Below are positions 11,801 to 19,965 of a DNA stretch of 64,000 nt, in pieces (positions within the stretch are counted from its first letter, which is position 1; each line of letters begins with the position of its first letter). Under the pieces are notes generated by a model. It ran no database searches. It was not told where the DNA came from and was given only the letters and a program-made list of their open reading frames with translations. Origin of the DNA: Candidatus Omnitrophota bacterium (GTDB lineage: Bacteria; Omnitrophota; Gorgyraeia; Zapsychrales; JANLHA01); contig JAKQKX010000069.1 in NCBI GenBank assembly GCA_029560465.1, positions 6,447 through 70,446 of the forward strand, written 5' to 3'. The translations under genes were made by a program, and so were the position numbers.

Positions 11801-14277
11801 ATCGAAACATGGGAATAGAGTTTTTTGATCACGGAGGTCGAAAAAACAGACCAGACTATCTGATTGATTATGTGCCTGGATCCAGTTCACAGGCAACCCA
11901 CAACTTGATTATCTCTTCGAGATCTGTTGATGAGCTTGAAGCTATGTTGAAACCTATTCTCCAAAGCCATGGCATATCTGTTGACGGGGAGCAATCAATA
12001 CAGATTTTGTCTCATCTTCGTTCTCTTTCGGGTCAGCTTGCTTTGAAATTGATTTCCGCCCCTACACAACAGGCCGAAGCTCTTGGTTTGGCTTTGGCCA
12101 GATTATTCCTTGAGTATCAAGGAGCTTTGAGTAATCAGATTATTATTCCTTTGGATTCTCATACAAATCTGTACCGATCCGGCGGAGAAGAAGAAAATGT
12201 TGATGACGCTATCAGTCTACAACGTACAGATTTAGCACTGTTTGATTTGAATTTGGCAAAGAGGATCATTTCGTGCAATCTGGTGGAAGTGAAATGTTAT
12301 TCGCAAGTGGGCGATTTCTCGGCTTTTAATCAACTTAAAGAAAGAATTTCTGCGCAGATTAACCAGAGTGAACGTGTCCTCCAGAGACATTTTGATCCTG
12401 CATTGAGAAAGCCGGATCGACCTGACCGACTGCTTAAAAGCCGTGAGTTGGCACAAATTCTTCGTTTTTATCTTGAACGATCCTTGCGTTACAATATTTT
12501 TGATAAGATTGCATCGCAGGAAGCGCGTGTATTCCTCGAATCTATTGAACAGGGATATACCCTTCAATTCCGGCGTTGTGCATTAATTTTTGATTTTGAA
12601 AAGAATGGAACCGAGGAACCGGAAAATGAAGTTGGTATTGAATTTCATCGGATAGGTAAAGATTTAATACACGCTTTGTTGGATAACTGTCGCAGGCCGA
12701 CTGCAACAGGGGTTGAGGAAGAATCGTTTGCTATTCATTCACTCAGTGAGCAACTAATTGCAAAAGTACCCAAAATAGAAACTGCGGCTTTCATTGTGCC
12801 TAAACGGGAAAGATCGACATCGTGGACGATAGAAGAGCCTTTATATGATGCTAAGAAAAATGCCGATGATGACAGTATAAGTGACAAAACTAATAATGTC
12901 GCTTTGGGCGATCGGGCATTTTCTCCTACAGCTGGTGAGAAATTTTCAAGGCCTACTGTGATTGAGACCGGAATTGATGAAAAGAAAGTTGAAGATTACG
13001 AGCAAGGCTCCTCAGATGAGGCATCATTTTCCGAGAATGAAAAGGTTTCAGAACCAAGAATGATAGACGAGCCCGAGCAAATTCTCAATTACGACATAAT
13101 GATTGGTGTTAATGGAAGATCGCCACAATATGGTTTACTGGGTGAGGTGTCTGGAAGAAAGATTGCCTTGGATTTGAACCATACTCATACAATTAGCCTT
13201 TTTGGGGTTCAAGGCGGTGGTAAGAGTTATACATTAGGTACAGTGGTTGAGATGGCTTCGATGGCAATAGAAAATATTAATATCCTTCCAAGTCCGCTCT
13301 CCGCCGTAATCTTTCACTACAGTCCGACACAGGATTATGCGCCTGAATTTACATCTATGACTCGACCGAATTCAGTTTTGGAGGAAGTAGAGATCCTCCG
13401 AGAGCGTTATAAGGCGCGGCCAGAGGCATTGCGAGATGTTTTGATACTTACGCCCTTAAATAAGGTTGCGGCCCGAAAGGCAGAATATCCAGAAATCGAA
13501 GTGCGACCAATTGCTTTCTCAGCTTCTGAATTAAAAGCCGCTCACTGGAAATTTTTAATGGGGGCAATTGGCAGCCAAAGCATGTATATGCGGCAAATCA
13601 ACCTTATAATGCGGACTCTTCGAGAAAGTTTAACGTTAAATAATATACGCAATGGAATAGAGAATTCCAACTTGACCGACCATTTGAAAGAATTGGCTAG
13701 AACCCGGTTGCTTTTCGCGAGCGAATACATTGATGACAATCAGCGACTCCAGGATTTGATTCATCCTGGACGATTAATTATTGTGGATTTGCGAGATGAA
13801 TATATTGAGAAAGATGAGGCCCTAGGTTTGTTCGTAGTTATGCTGCAAATTTTTTCTGAGGCTACCTATTGTGGTAAAACTTTTAATAAATTAGTGGTTT
13901 TTGACGAGGCCCATAAATACATTGAGAATGCTGACCTGATTTCCGGTTTGGTTGAGGTTGTGCGTGAAATGAGACATAAAGGAACCAGCATTTTAGTGGC
14001 ATCTCAAGATCCTCCTTCAGTTCCTGTGGCGCTAATTGAGCTGTCATCCCAGATCATCTTGCATAAATTTAATTCACCAGCTTGGCTGAAGCATATACAG
14101 AAGGCCAATGCTGCATTAGGTGGGTTAACGTCCGCAAAAATGAGTCACCTAAGTGCAGGGGAAGCATATATTTGGTCAAGTAAGGCATCGGATGAATCAT
14201 TTACTAAAGGTGCTGTAAAAGTAAAATGTCGGCCAAGGATAACACAACATGGTGGTTATACGAAAACGGCATTATAA
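8827..14277 (+). CDS. mad8: Large ATP-binding protein MAD8-like (C-terminal HerA/FtsK-like ATPase)
   Basis: Walker A GVQGGGKS, Walker B VVFDEAH, VREMRHKG, SQDP; internal TDL..VEVK nuclease-like motif. Confidence 0.85.
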   Translation: MSNTFTKLSRDKMNDTVAELLGPRIEATLDGRGPGHCMRVTDLDDDVMESVCKELRRTYTDGNIFILGGHDHEELPFRITSTKLVEIRNPSANGELRKPLLVFIPNSLRTSAEDSFGVATFEELSFNGIYKELVKSLIDRLPATLVGPIHDLFDLLAEEDWIYVDDVASARYLLTALENGIDGETLGASLYELTLIPDFKLFADPAMVNVKIRRNLSSIRGLMTSHKSVRGRIVELGLSDKDLEARLFAFFQKNDIQEPDGWASIIATDKKWWNISFDKWSFQEELSLDKIHLAVLETDLPVAQDEEKNGQLSGLTGQQILVPTDRRKINVLFEVNPHPSKVNGLDHFTIQIVSQNDGPVGKSKKIKSWKPARLQCTVNLAKLNKIEFEEGWHFIRILPWTADGDPIPLETEYSSDSSRRSHESEPFYVLPGGSLEEDPPQRAIPIDKSVEHARFRLQFTALGDERDPDDIAISSLSWAEAGRTRRTSRQATVLAKFGREGAIQIPLSQMLKTIEQRILDKPKHLSGWRMQINLDAAENPSEIGLIFPQSSAMASFLSAREDLFASVHQDKSELIMQGFSFRDHEKKCLTYAEAYLDWVCSLMRQAEAASGTERQNHLQALRNVLAVDSIHVILTDFRGRHREAVLVSSTHPLRVLWLSSWVSLGQDWIDKIKSGGKDYISYVRTALLDGLVPSAYPVGIPVEDGRIFTPVDNLNPFWALYAPTTEENSRGLMAEICSALGLSEPSVAGSDISGKVIADKIERYLSQHPYVRELSLNIFNPGAGSVIADALLSLQQKREYSDLRYNIRLFTSDPDSPVLGDALESMLRPGTTVNEAADAFATSTGSHLFSKLNLAKHSVSDFHTNVKEYFAHISILLDVFPAEELAIIEKPSGIIPLHGLIQDFETEFVDDDSGTYWNKRPIVGRVLNTDSQLACFDLLSSLSSELCLATAAVAASGASFKAVPVVTLGLDVAQRELIYEVHKRSDWVFTIDRNMGIEFFDHGGRKNRPDYLIDYVPGSSSQATHNLIISSRSVDELEAMLKPILQSHGISVDGEQSIQILSHLRSLSGQLALKLISAPTQQAEALGLALARLFLEYQGALSNQIIIPLDSHTNLYRSGGEEENVDDAISLQRTDLALFDLNLAKRIISCNLVEVKCYSQVGDFSAFNQLKERISAQINQSERVLQRHFDPALRKPDRPDRLLKSRELAQILRFYLERSLRYNIFDKIASQEARVFLESIEQGYTLQFRRCALIFDFEKNGTEEPENEVGIEFHRIGKDLIHALLDNCRRPTATGVEEESFAIHSLSEQLIAKVPKIETAAFIVPKRERSTSWTIEEPLYDAKKNADDDSISDKTNNVALGDRAFSPTAGEKFSRPTVIETGIDEKKVEDYEQGSSDEASFSENEKVSEPRMIDEPEQILNYDIMIGVNGRSPQYGLLGEVSGRKIALDLNHTHTISLFGVQGGGKSYTLGTVVEMASMAIENINILPSPLSAVIFHYSPTQDYAPEFTSMTRPNSVLEEVEILRERYKARPEALRDVLILTPLNKVAARKAEYPEIEVRPIAFSASELKAAHWKFLMGAIGSQSMYMRQINLIMRTLRESLTLNNIRNGIENSNLTDHLKELARTRLLFASEYIDDNQRLQDLIHPGRLIIVDLRDEYIEKDEALGLFVVMLQIFSEATYCGKTFNKLVVFDEAHKYIENADLISGLVEVVREMRHKGTSILVASQDPPSVPVALIELSSQIILHKFNSPAWLKHIQKANAALGGLTSAKMSHLSAGEAYIWSSKASDESFTKGAVKVKCRPRITQHGGYTKTAL

Positions 14278-14336
14278 ATCAGCAGACAGCAAAGCGATGA
14301 TTCTTCTGAAAATATTTAGCTGATCTTAAAAGAATG

Positions 14337-14404
14337 GAATTACCAGTTGGGCGAATTACCAGTTGCTAGAAATAATTGACATATCCAAAAACTGGGCGTA
14401 TATT
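14337..14404 (+). promoter_or_regulatory. Sigma70 promoter with upstream direct-repeat operator
   Basis: TTGACA(14376)-17-TATATT(14399); GAATTACCAGTTG at 14337 and 14353. Confidence 0.65.
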
Positions 14405-14460
14405 AATAAATAATATTCAGTGGTGCGTTTGAAGGGGGAATCCTCCACTTTAAAAAAGTC

Positions 14461-14495
14461 AAACCTTTGCTCGATTGGGCAGAGGTTTTTATTTT
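14461..14495 (+). terminator. Intrinsic terminator/attenuator in leader
   Basis: AAACCTTTGCTC-GATT-GGGCAGAGGTTT followed by TTATTTT. Confidence 0.55.
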
Positions 14496-14530
14496 ATCGG
14501 AATAAATTTTAGAATTGGAGGGAAATCATA

Positions 14531-14704
14531 ATGCAGAACCGAACACTTACTGGCACGATTGCGTATTGGACAATGTTTTTCTTAACCCGGATTATTATGT
14601 TCCTGCTGGCGTGGAGTATCGTGCTGATTGTCCGGGCTTTCCGGTTTATTTTCCGGATCCCCGTGAAAGAAAAGGCGCCCATTGGGTTCCACGTGGTCAG
14701 ATGA
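14531..14704 (+). CDS. Small hydrophobic protein, 57 aa (MQNRTLTGTIAYW...)
   Basis: GGAGGG SD before ATG 14531; one TM-like stretch; not in ORF track. Confidence 0.5.
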   Translation: MQNRTLTGTIAYWTMFFLTRIIMFLLAWSIVLIVRAFRFIFRIPVKEKAPIGFHVVR

Positions 14705-14713
14705 AGGGCGTTT

Positions 14714-14983
14714 ATGTCAGCAATGGATAGAAAATCTGTGCTTTTGGCTATAAATAATGGCTTAAAGTACTTTCCTGCCATCTGCCTCCTGCTCGGCTTG
14801 AGTCTAATGCTGTTTCCCGCGAATTTTAACAAGGTGCTGTATAATCCTAACGACCAGTCTTACCGAATGGTTAAAATCAATTATTCGCGGGATACGCGGA
14901 TTGTCAATTGGCGTATTATCGGGCTTATATTTATCGGAAGCAGTTTTTGTCATTTCAAAAACGGCCGCAAAGGCCTCTCCTGA
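14714..14983 (+). CDS. Small membrane protein
   Basis: Two hydrophobic segments; follows the 14531 ORF. Confidence 0.5.
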   Translation: MSAMDRKSVLLAINNGLKYFPAICLLLGLSLMLFPANFNKVLYNPNDQSYRMVKINYSRDTRIVNWRIIGLIFIGSSFCHFKNGRKGLS

Positions 14984-15037
14984 TTTTTTCACTTTTCTTC
15001 CTTAGAAGTCTGAATCCCACCGGTTTTTCGAGCGAAA

Positions 15038-15175
15038 TCCTTTCTTGATTCTTGTCTTTTGATTCTACCACATGGTCAAGGACGTCGTCCCGGCAAGCGT
15101 GACTCGCAAGTGGCTCTGTGAGCCATCCTTGACTTTCATGTGGCCTTTCTTGAATCAAAAAGAATCAAGAAAGGA
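15038..15175. repeat. Long imperfect inverted repeat with branched apical loop (H1)
   Basis: 15+9+7+8 bp stems (TCCTTTCTTGATTCT/AGAATCAAGAAAGGA etc.); 3' arm contains SD of ORF 15184. Confidence 0.85.
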
Positions 15176-15183
15176 GCCGTGCG

Positions 15184-15414
15184 ATGGACAAGTCAGACAA
15201 ACTTTATTTGGCGATCAATATCAATGATTACAGAGATTATTTCAGGAGAGGCGAGACCAGTGAGCCGAAGGTTTCATTTCAGCTTATTAAAGCAAAGAAT
15301 ATTAAAAGTGCGAAAGAAATCGTTCGGAAGGATCATCCCGGAAGCACATGGGGTGTGGTTCCGGTCGGGCAGATAGAGAAACACATGGTTTTTGAAAGGA
15401 GCACCAAGGCTTAA
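15184..15414 (+). CDS. Small hypothetical protein
   Basis: AAGGAG SD, 76 aa. Confidence 0.65.
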   Translation: MDKSDKLYLAININDYRDYFRRGETSEPKVSFQLIKAKNIKSAKEIVRKDHPGSTWGVVPVGQIEKHMVFERSTKA

Positions 15415-15898
15415 TGTTTTCTCTTAATTTTGAGTCGATTATTTCTCGTCGATGAATTGATCCGATGGAACATTTTGGTATTAAAATGCCGGGAGATATG
15501 ATAAAATATATATAAATTCACAGAAGATATCCAGCCGCTATCATAGCTGGCAAACGAAAAGAGGCTTATTAAAAAGAACTCTTTTCCTTTCCTCAAAACT
15601 ACATCCCGTAATTTTAGTCGGTTTTATTTCTCTGCCTTTAAGTTTCCTCTTGATATTTCTTCCAGTTCGGCAAGTAAGAATATTTTTAAAAAAGTTCTAA
15701 AAACGCCCACCTTTCTAATATTCATATTTAGGAACGGTGGATTTTATGGTCAAAATCATCAGATCAGCCAAAATAATCCAAAAAACAATCTTGCGCCGCG
15801 CCATAGGACTATTGTCATGTCTTGTGGATGGCGCGGTTGTTTGATGTTTGGGCTGAGCGCTGGTCTGCTAACCGACATTATTAGGGGAGGAGATCATT

Positions 15899-16855
15899 AT
15901 GGATGAAGACTTTAAGTCACCAGATGAAGGTTTTGAGTCACCAGATGAAGATTTTGAGTCACCACAAGAGGCTCTTAACGCTGTCCTGAAAACTAGCGAT
16001 GGGCAAGCCCTGATATGTTATTGTGAGCGATTTGCAAGAGGCCTTATGGCGCAGCGTTATTGGAAAGGAACTCGTGGGGGCATCCCTCCGGGAGGATATG
16101 GGCCGGAAGATATCGTTGAAATTGTGATTATTAAAACGTTAAATGAAACAATCAATTGCAACCAGAAGATTAAACTAAAAACATTCCTTTGCATGAATAT
16201 CAGATCGGTTGTCTCGGCTATGTCACGGTCAAAGGAAAATAGATGTGTGCGCTCTGAGCAGTATTTTGAATCCACCTTTCGCAGTTATAACAATGCCTTT
16301 GACCTGATAGTTTCTCTGGGGTTGAGTGAGGGTAACGGTTTAAGTTTTGAGATTGACGAAAAAGAGGTGAAAGAAATATTGATGGAGTATTTAAAAACTG
16401 TTCAAAACGACATAATGCTTTCGAAGGTAGGAAAAATTCTTATTTTGGGCAGAGTTGTGTTTCCGGAATGTTTTTGTCATATTGTGGACGATGTTGATGG
16501 TTTGGCGCGCAATTTGGTTCGCTATGGTTATATAGACGATGACGGTATGGTTCAGGACAGTTTCTTTAGTTTGAAATGTTATTCGGAGATGCGGCTTTAT
16601 AAAAGATTTTCTGTGGTTAAGGATCAAATTTATTGCGTTATTTCTCGATCCATAGATCCTGATTTGGAGATGCCCGTTGTCATGGCGCAATGGCTTAACG
16701 TGGACGCCTGTAGAGCGTATTACTTTAGGGAGAAGTTGAGAGAATCATTGCTGAAATATTTAAGAAGGTTTAACAAGGAGGAATTGGCATGGATAATTCG
16801 TATACTAAAAAGCCGTCAGAGGGATTGCATGCTTTGTTCAATTTTGCCGGAATAA
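15899..16855 (+). CDS. Hypothetical protein, possibly ECF sigma-factor-like
   Basis: GGAGGAG SD; GPEDIVEIVIIK resembles sigma region 2; N-terminal 3x7-aa repeat. Confidence 0.55.
   Translation: MDEDFKSPDEGFESPDEDFESPQEALNAVLKTSDGQALICYCERFARGLMAQRYWKGTRGGIPPGGYGPEDIVEIVIIKTLNETINCNQKIKLKTFLCMNIRSVVSAMSRSKENRCVRSEQYFESTFRSYNNAFDLIVSLGLSEGNGLSFEIDEKEVKEILMEYLKTVQNDIMLSKVGKILILGRVVFPECFCHIVDDVDGLARNLVRYGYIDDDGMVQDSFFSLKCYSEMRLYKRFSVVKDQIYCVISRSIDPDLEMPVVMAQWLNVDACRAYYFREKLRESLLKYLRRFNKEELAWIIRILKSRQRDCMLCSILPE
15901..15963 (+). repeat. 3 x 21-bp in-frame tandem repeat
   Basis: (G/A)GATGAAG..TTT.AGTCACC x3 encoding DE(D/G)F(K/E)SP. Confidence 0.85.
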
Positions 16856-18042
16856 AAGAAGAAGATATCGCTAAATGCCATGAAGATAGGGTTGGCAGCC
16901 TCACTGTGACCAACGAGCAGGAAGCCCTATCCGATGTCGGGCGCTTTATTCGTCATAACTTTGATGTCATTGCCAAGAAGTCCGATCTTAAAGACAGCGG
17001 TCTTTTCGATAAAATCGATGGTTTCTTGAAAGAAAAAGACTCTTTCCAGAATGAGAAAGCCTGGCTGTTAATGAAAGGTATGCTGGATTCATGGCCGGAT
17101 GCGATTTATTTCAAAAACAGGCTGGGTGAGCTTATCTTGGTCAATGAGGCTCATGCCAGAGGGATGCGAAACAAATTTATTGATGTCATCGGTAAAACAG
17201 ATTGGGATTTATTTCCGCCTAAAGAAGCTAAAGCAATGGCTGAGGACGATGAATGGGTGATGTCATCCGGCAAGATGATTATAGACAAGTTGGAGTACAT
17301 TACTTTTGCCGACGGCACAAAACATTATGTGTCAACAACCAAGGTTCCCCGCTGGGATGAAAATGGCAATGTTGTAGGGCTTATGGGGATAACCCGGGAT
17401 GTCACGAGCAGGGTTAATTTATATGAGATGCTTTTTGCTACTTATCAGGGCTGTATTTTTATTACAACAAAAGAGGGCAAGTGGGTTGATATCAATGAAG
17501 AGGGAGCCAAGTTTTTTGGTTATACGGGTAAGAAAGAGTTTATTGACCAGACATCTGTCCGCGATATTTACTATTATCCGGGAGACAGGCAAAAATATAT
17601 GCGGATCATGCAGGAACACAAGAGTGTTAAGAATTATGAAATTAAATTGAAAAAGAAGGACGGCACGTCTATTGATGTGCAAATTACGGCGTCGGCTAGA
17701 TTTGACCAGAACGGCAAGGTTCAAGGGTATCATGGGACCATCCGGGACGTGACGGAGGAAATGAAAGCGCAACTGGAATGGAAGAATAAGGTGAGTGATT
17801 TGACCAAGCGGATCAACTCTATGACCAGTCTTATCCTCAAAGCGATAACGAATAGTCTGAAGGTTCTTTGTGGCGGGCTGGAGGGCGAGACGACAACTGC
17901 GATTAACAATATGACTGGTAAGGAAAAAGAGTTTTTTCCTCTGTTTATTCTGGGTAAGTCGGATCAGGAAATCGCTGCATTGACGAATTGCCCTGAAGAA
18001 ACCGTTGCCAGACACCGTTATGAGATTTATAAAAAAGGCTGA
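16789..18042 (+). CDS. PAS-PAS sensor with C-terminal LuxR-type HTH (HTH end apparently frameshifted)
   Basis: PDAIYFKN..IGKTDWD..GITRDVT PAS motifs; MTGKEKEFF..GKSDQEIA..TVARHRYEIYKK LuxR motif. Confidence 0.8.
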   Translation: MDNSYTKKPSEGLHALFNFAGIKEEDIAKCHEDRVGSLTVTNEQEALSDVGRFIRHNFDVIAKKSDLKDSGLFDKIDGFLKEKDSFQNEKAWLLMKGMLDSWPDAIYFKNRLGELILVNEAHARGMRNKFIDVIGKTDWDLFPPKEAKAMAEDDEWVMSSGKMIIDKLEYITFADGTKHYVSTTKVPRWDENGNVVGLMGITRDVTSRVNLYEMLFATYQGCIFITTKEGKWVDINEEGAKFFGYTGKKEFIDQTSVRDIYYYPGDRQKYMRIMQEHKSVKNYEIKLKKKDGTSIDVQITASARFDQNGKVQGYHGTIRDVTEEMKAQLEWKNKVSDLTKRINSMTSLILKAITNSLKVLCGGLEGETTTAINNMTGKEKEFFPLFILGKSDQEIAALTNCPEETVARHRYEIYKKG

Positions 18043-18180
18043 TCTTGCCAATTTCGAAGAATGTTTACTTTGGTCAGAAAAAAGCGGGTTCAGCCTATTG
18101 ATAAAATGGTTGATCTTTTTTATGATACCGGATGGGACTACTTTAAAGTGGTTTTGTCCGGTTGGTCGCCGGACGTAGTG

Positions 18181-18212
18181 GGGGAGCATCGCAAGCACGT
18201 GCTCCCCTTTTT
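18181..18212 (+). terminator. Intrinsic terminator
   Basis: GGGGAGCA..TGCTCCCC followed by TTTTT. Confidence 0.75.
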
Positions 18213-18305
18213 GTCTTTCTAATACAAGTATATATCAAAAGACTATACGATTGCCAAATCCTCAGCGTGAATTAGAAAAAATTTAAATATTTTCTTGTGC
18301 CTCCC

Positions 18306-18340
18306 TTGACAGCGCGAAAGTGATGTGGCATACTTCGCGC
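18306..18340 (+). promoter_or_regulatory. Sigma70 promoter overlapped by inverted repeat
   Basis: TTGACA-17-CATACT; GCGCGAA...TTCGCGC palindrome spans spacer and -10. Confidence 0.6.
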
Positions 18341-18341
18341 A

Positions 18342-18483
18342 AATTCAATTACAAGATTCACCGCGGTTAGCAGAGAATTGATCTTGGTCTTGGCTTGACC
18401 AGCCAAAAGACTTGATAACAGGGCAGTGCTTGAGACAGTTATGTTCTATCTACGATATAACTTCAAGCGCTGCCCTTTTTTTT
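18342..18483 (+). ncRNA. Candidate ~140-nt leader/sRNA ending in a long terminator
   Basis: Between promoter and hairpin GGGCAGTGCTTGA..TCAAGCGCTGCCC plus T8; G-U pair favours + strand. Confidence 0.45.
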
Positions 18484-18500
18484 ATTGGAGGGTGTGTGCG

Positions 18501-18722
18501 ATGCGTGATTATCGGGCGTGTGTTCAGTTTCTTTGTACGTATTTTATCTGTTGTCTGTTGTTCGTTTACGCGGGGGTTCCGAAAACGGAACCATATTTCT
18601 TTAAGAAAAGCCGAGGGATAACGAGACGCATAAAAACTCAGGGCTATAGCCGTATGACAAAAGAAAGAATTACCGATAAGGATATTCATTACTATGTCAT
18701 AACAAAGGTCGTTTCATACTAA
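18501..18722 (+). CDS. Small protein with N-terminal hydrophobic segment
   Basis: GGAGGG SD; MRDYRACVQFLCTYFICCLLFVYAG. Confidence 0.5.
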   Translation: MRDYRACVQFLCTYFICCLLFVYAGVPKTEPYFFKKSRGITRRIKTQGYSRMTKERITDKDIHYYVITKVVSY

Positions 18723-18741
18723 TCAACAGAATAATCCCGGG

Positions 18742-18850
18742 GAGGTGTCTGTTCTTTTCTGCGGGTGAATGTGTCTGATGTGGTAAAACGCGACAAGCCA
18801 GCGTAGACCCACGTTCTACATTGTAGCTTTACGAAAAGAACAGATATCTC
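18742..18850 (+). repeat. Long inverted repeat with branched loop (H2)
   Basis: GAGGTGTCTGTTCTTTTC/GAAAAGAACAGATATCTC 18-bp stem with G-U pairs. Confidence 0.75.
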
Positions 18851-18872
18851 ATAAAAGGAAACAAATCAAAAT

Positions 18873-18908
18873 AAAGCCATCCCAGATCTGGCTGTGGGGT
18901 GGCTTTTT
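18873..18908 (+). terminator. Terminator-like hairpin, copy 1
   Basis: AAAGCCATCCCAGATCTGGCTGTGGGGTGGCTTTTT; near-identical to 19892. Confidence 0.7.
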
Positions 18909-18944
18909 GTCTTTTATTGCTTAAATCACAAGGGGAGGGATGCG

Positions 18945-19112
18945 ATGGAAAAAGAAGTTTATTATGTCGAGTTTGAATCATGGAGGATTTCGGCCAAGAG
19001 CTTAAATGAGGCCTGTGCCGTTGTTCAGGCCAAATTAAACAAGGGAGAGTTCCCGGCCATAGCGTATATCGAGCTCGATAAAAGGATGCCGTTACGAAAG
19101 TGTGATTTATGA
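18945..19112 (+). CDS. Small hypothetical protein
   Basis: GGGGAGG SD, 55 aa. Confidence 0.6.
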   Translation: MEKEVYYVEFESWRISAKSLNEACAVVQAKLNKGEFPAIAYIELDKRMPLRKCDL

Positions 19113-19173
19113 GGATAGCCGGTCATAAGGGAACGGTTTGACAGGTAAAACTAAAAACAGGGAGGTCAATGAG

Positions 19174-19461
19174 ATGATGGAAGAAACACTTCAAATGAGA
19201 GTCGCGGGGAAAGTAAGAATGATTGATAAGGGCCGTATCTTAAAAGCCTTTGTCGATATCTGTTTCAACAATGTAATTACTGTCAAGAGTATTCGAATTC
19301 TGGATGGGAAGAAAGGCTTGTTTGTATCCATGCCTCAGCACAGGGGCCGGGACGGTAAATGGTATGACACCATTTATTGTCCGAATACCCAAATCCGGGG
19401 AGAAATCAGCGAGTTTATATTATCCGCATACAGAAGAAATTTAGATTCGGATCGTAAATAA
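19174..19461 (+). CDS. spoVG: SpoVG family nucleic-acid-binding protein
   Basis: LKAFVDICF..IRILDGKKGLFVSMP..DGKWYD. Confidence 0.85.
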   Translation: MMEETLQMRVAGKVRMIDKGRILKAFVDICFNNVITVKSIRILDGKKGLFVSMPQHRGRDGKWYDTIYCPNTQIRGEISEFILSAYRRNLDSDRK

Positions 19462-19563
19462 TAAATTATGTGGTGCGTTTTTTACGGAGAAAAGGGAATG
19501 AATCAGGACTCCTGGAAAATTTCAAAATTGTTTCAATTTTGAAATGATTTTGAAAGACGCGGC

Positions 19564-19700
19564 GCTCCCATCTTCTTTTATTTCTAAGGGAATCTGTTCA
19601 CTTGCGTTCGCAGATTGTTCAAGACCACCCTTTCTCAACCATAGGTTTTTTAAGAGAAATGGTGGTCTTGAACGACCCTAAGAAATAAAAGAAAGGGAGC
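19564..19700. repeat. Long inverted repeat (H3) in candidate oriT interval
   Basis: GCTCCC/GGGAGC, TTCTTTTATTTCT/AGAAATAAAAGAA, GTTCAAGACCACC/GGTGGTCTTGAAC stems; upstream of relaxase. Confidence 0.85.
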
Positions 19701-19891
19701 TGGTTTTTTTATGAAGTAGAACAAAAAAATTCAAAAAGTATCGATCATTTGAACATACATAAGTGAACGCAAATAATATTTTCAATTGTGTGTAAAGAGG
19801 TTAATGTTGTGAATATTATCAAGTTTTACAATCCATAAAAGTTGACGGGTAAAGAGCAGGATCGCTACCTGCTTACCCCAAACAGTTATTA

Positions 19892-19927
19892 AAAGCCATC
19901 CCAGATCTGGCTCGGGGGTGGCTTTTT
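19892..19927 (+). terminator. Terminator-like hairpin, copy 2, directly before relaxase
   Basis: AAAGCCATCCCAGATCTGGCTCGGGGGTGGCTTTTT. Confidence 0.7.
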
Positions 19928-19965
19928 GTTTGGGGGAAGAGATGATACCGAGAAAGGAAGGTTAA

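Noticed and set aside
14411-14495. c-di-GMP or other known riboswitch
   Set aside because: No recognisable conserved aptamer motifs
14515-14730. ORF-track 71-aa protein
   Set aside because: TTG start without SD; the overlapping ATG 14531 frame has a GGAGGG SD
17419-18198. 259-aa minus-strand ORF
   Set aside because: Antisense shadow of the PAS-LuxR gene; the other antisense ORFs within long genes were rejected for the same reason
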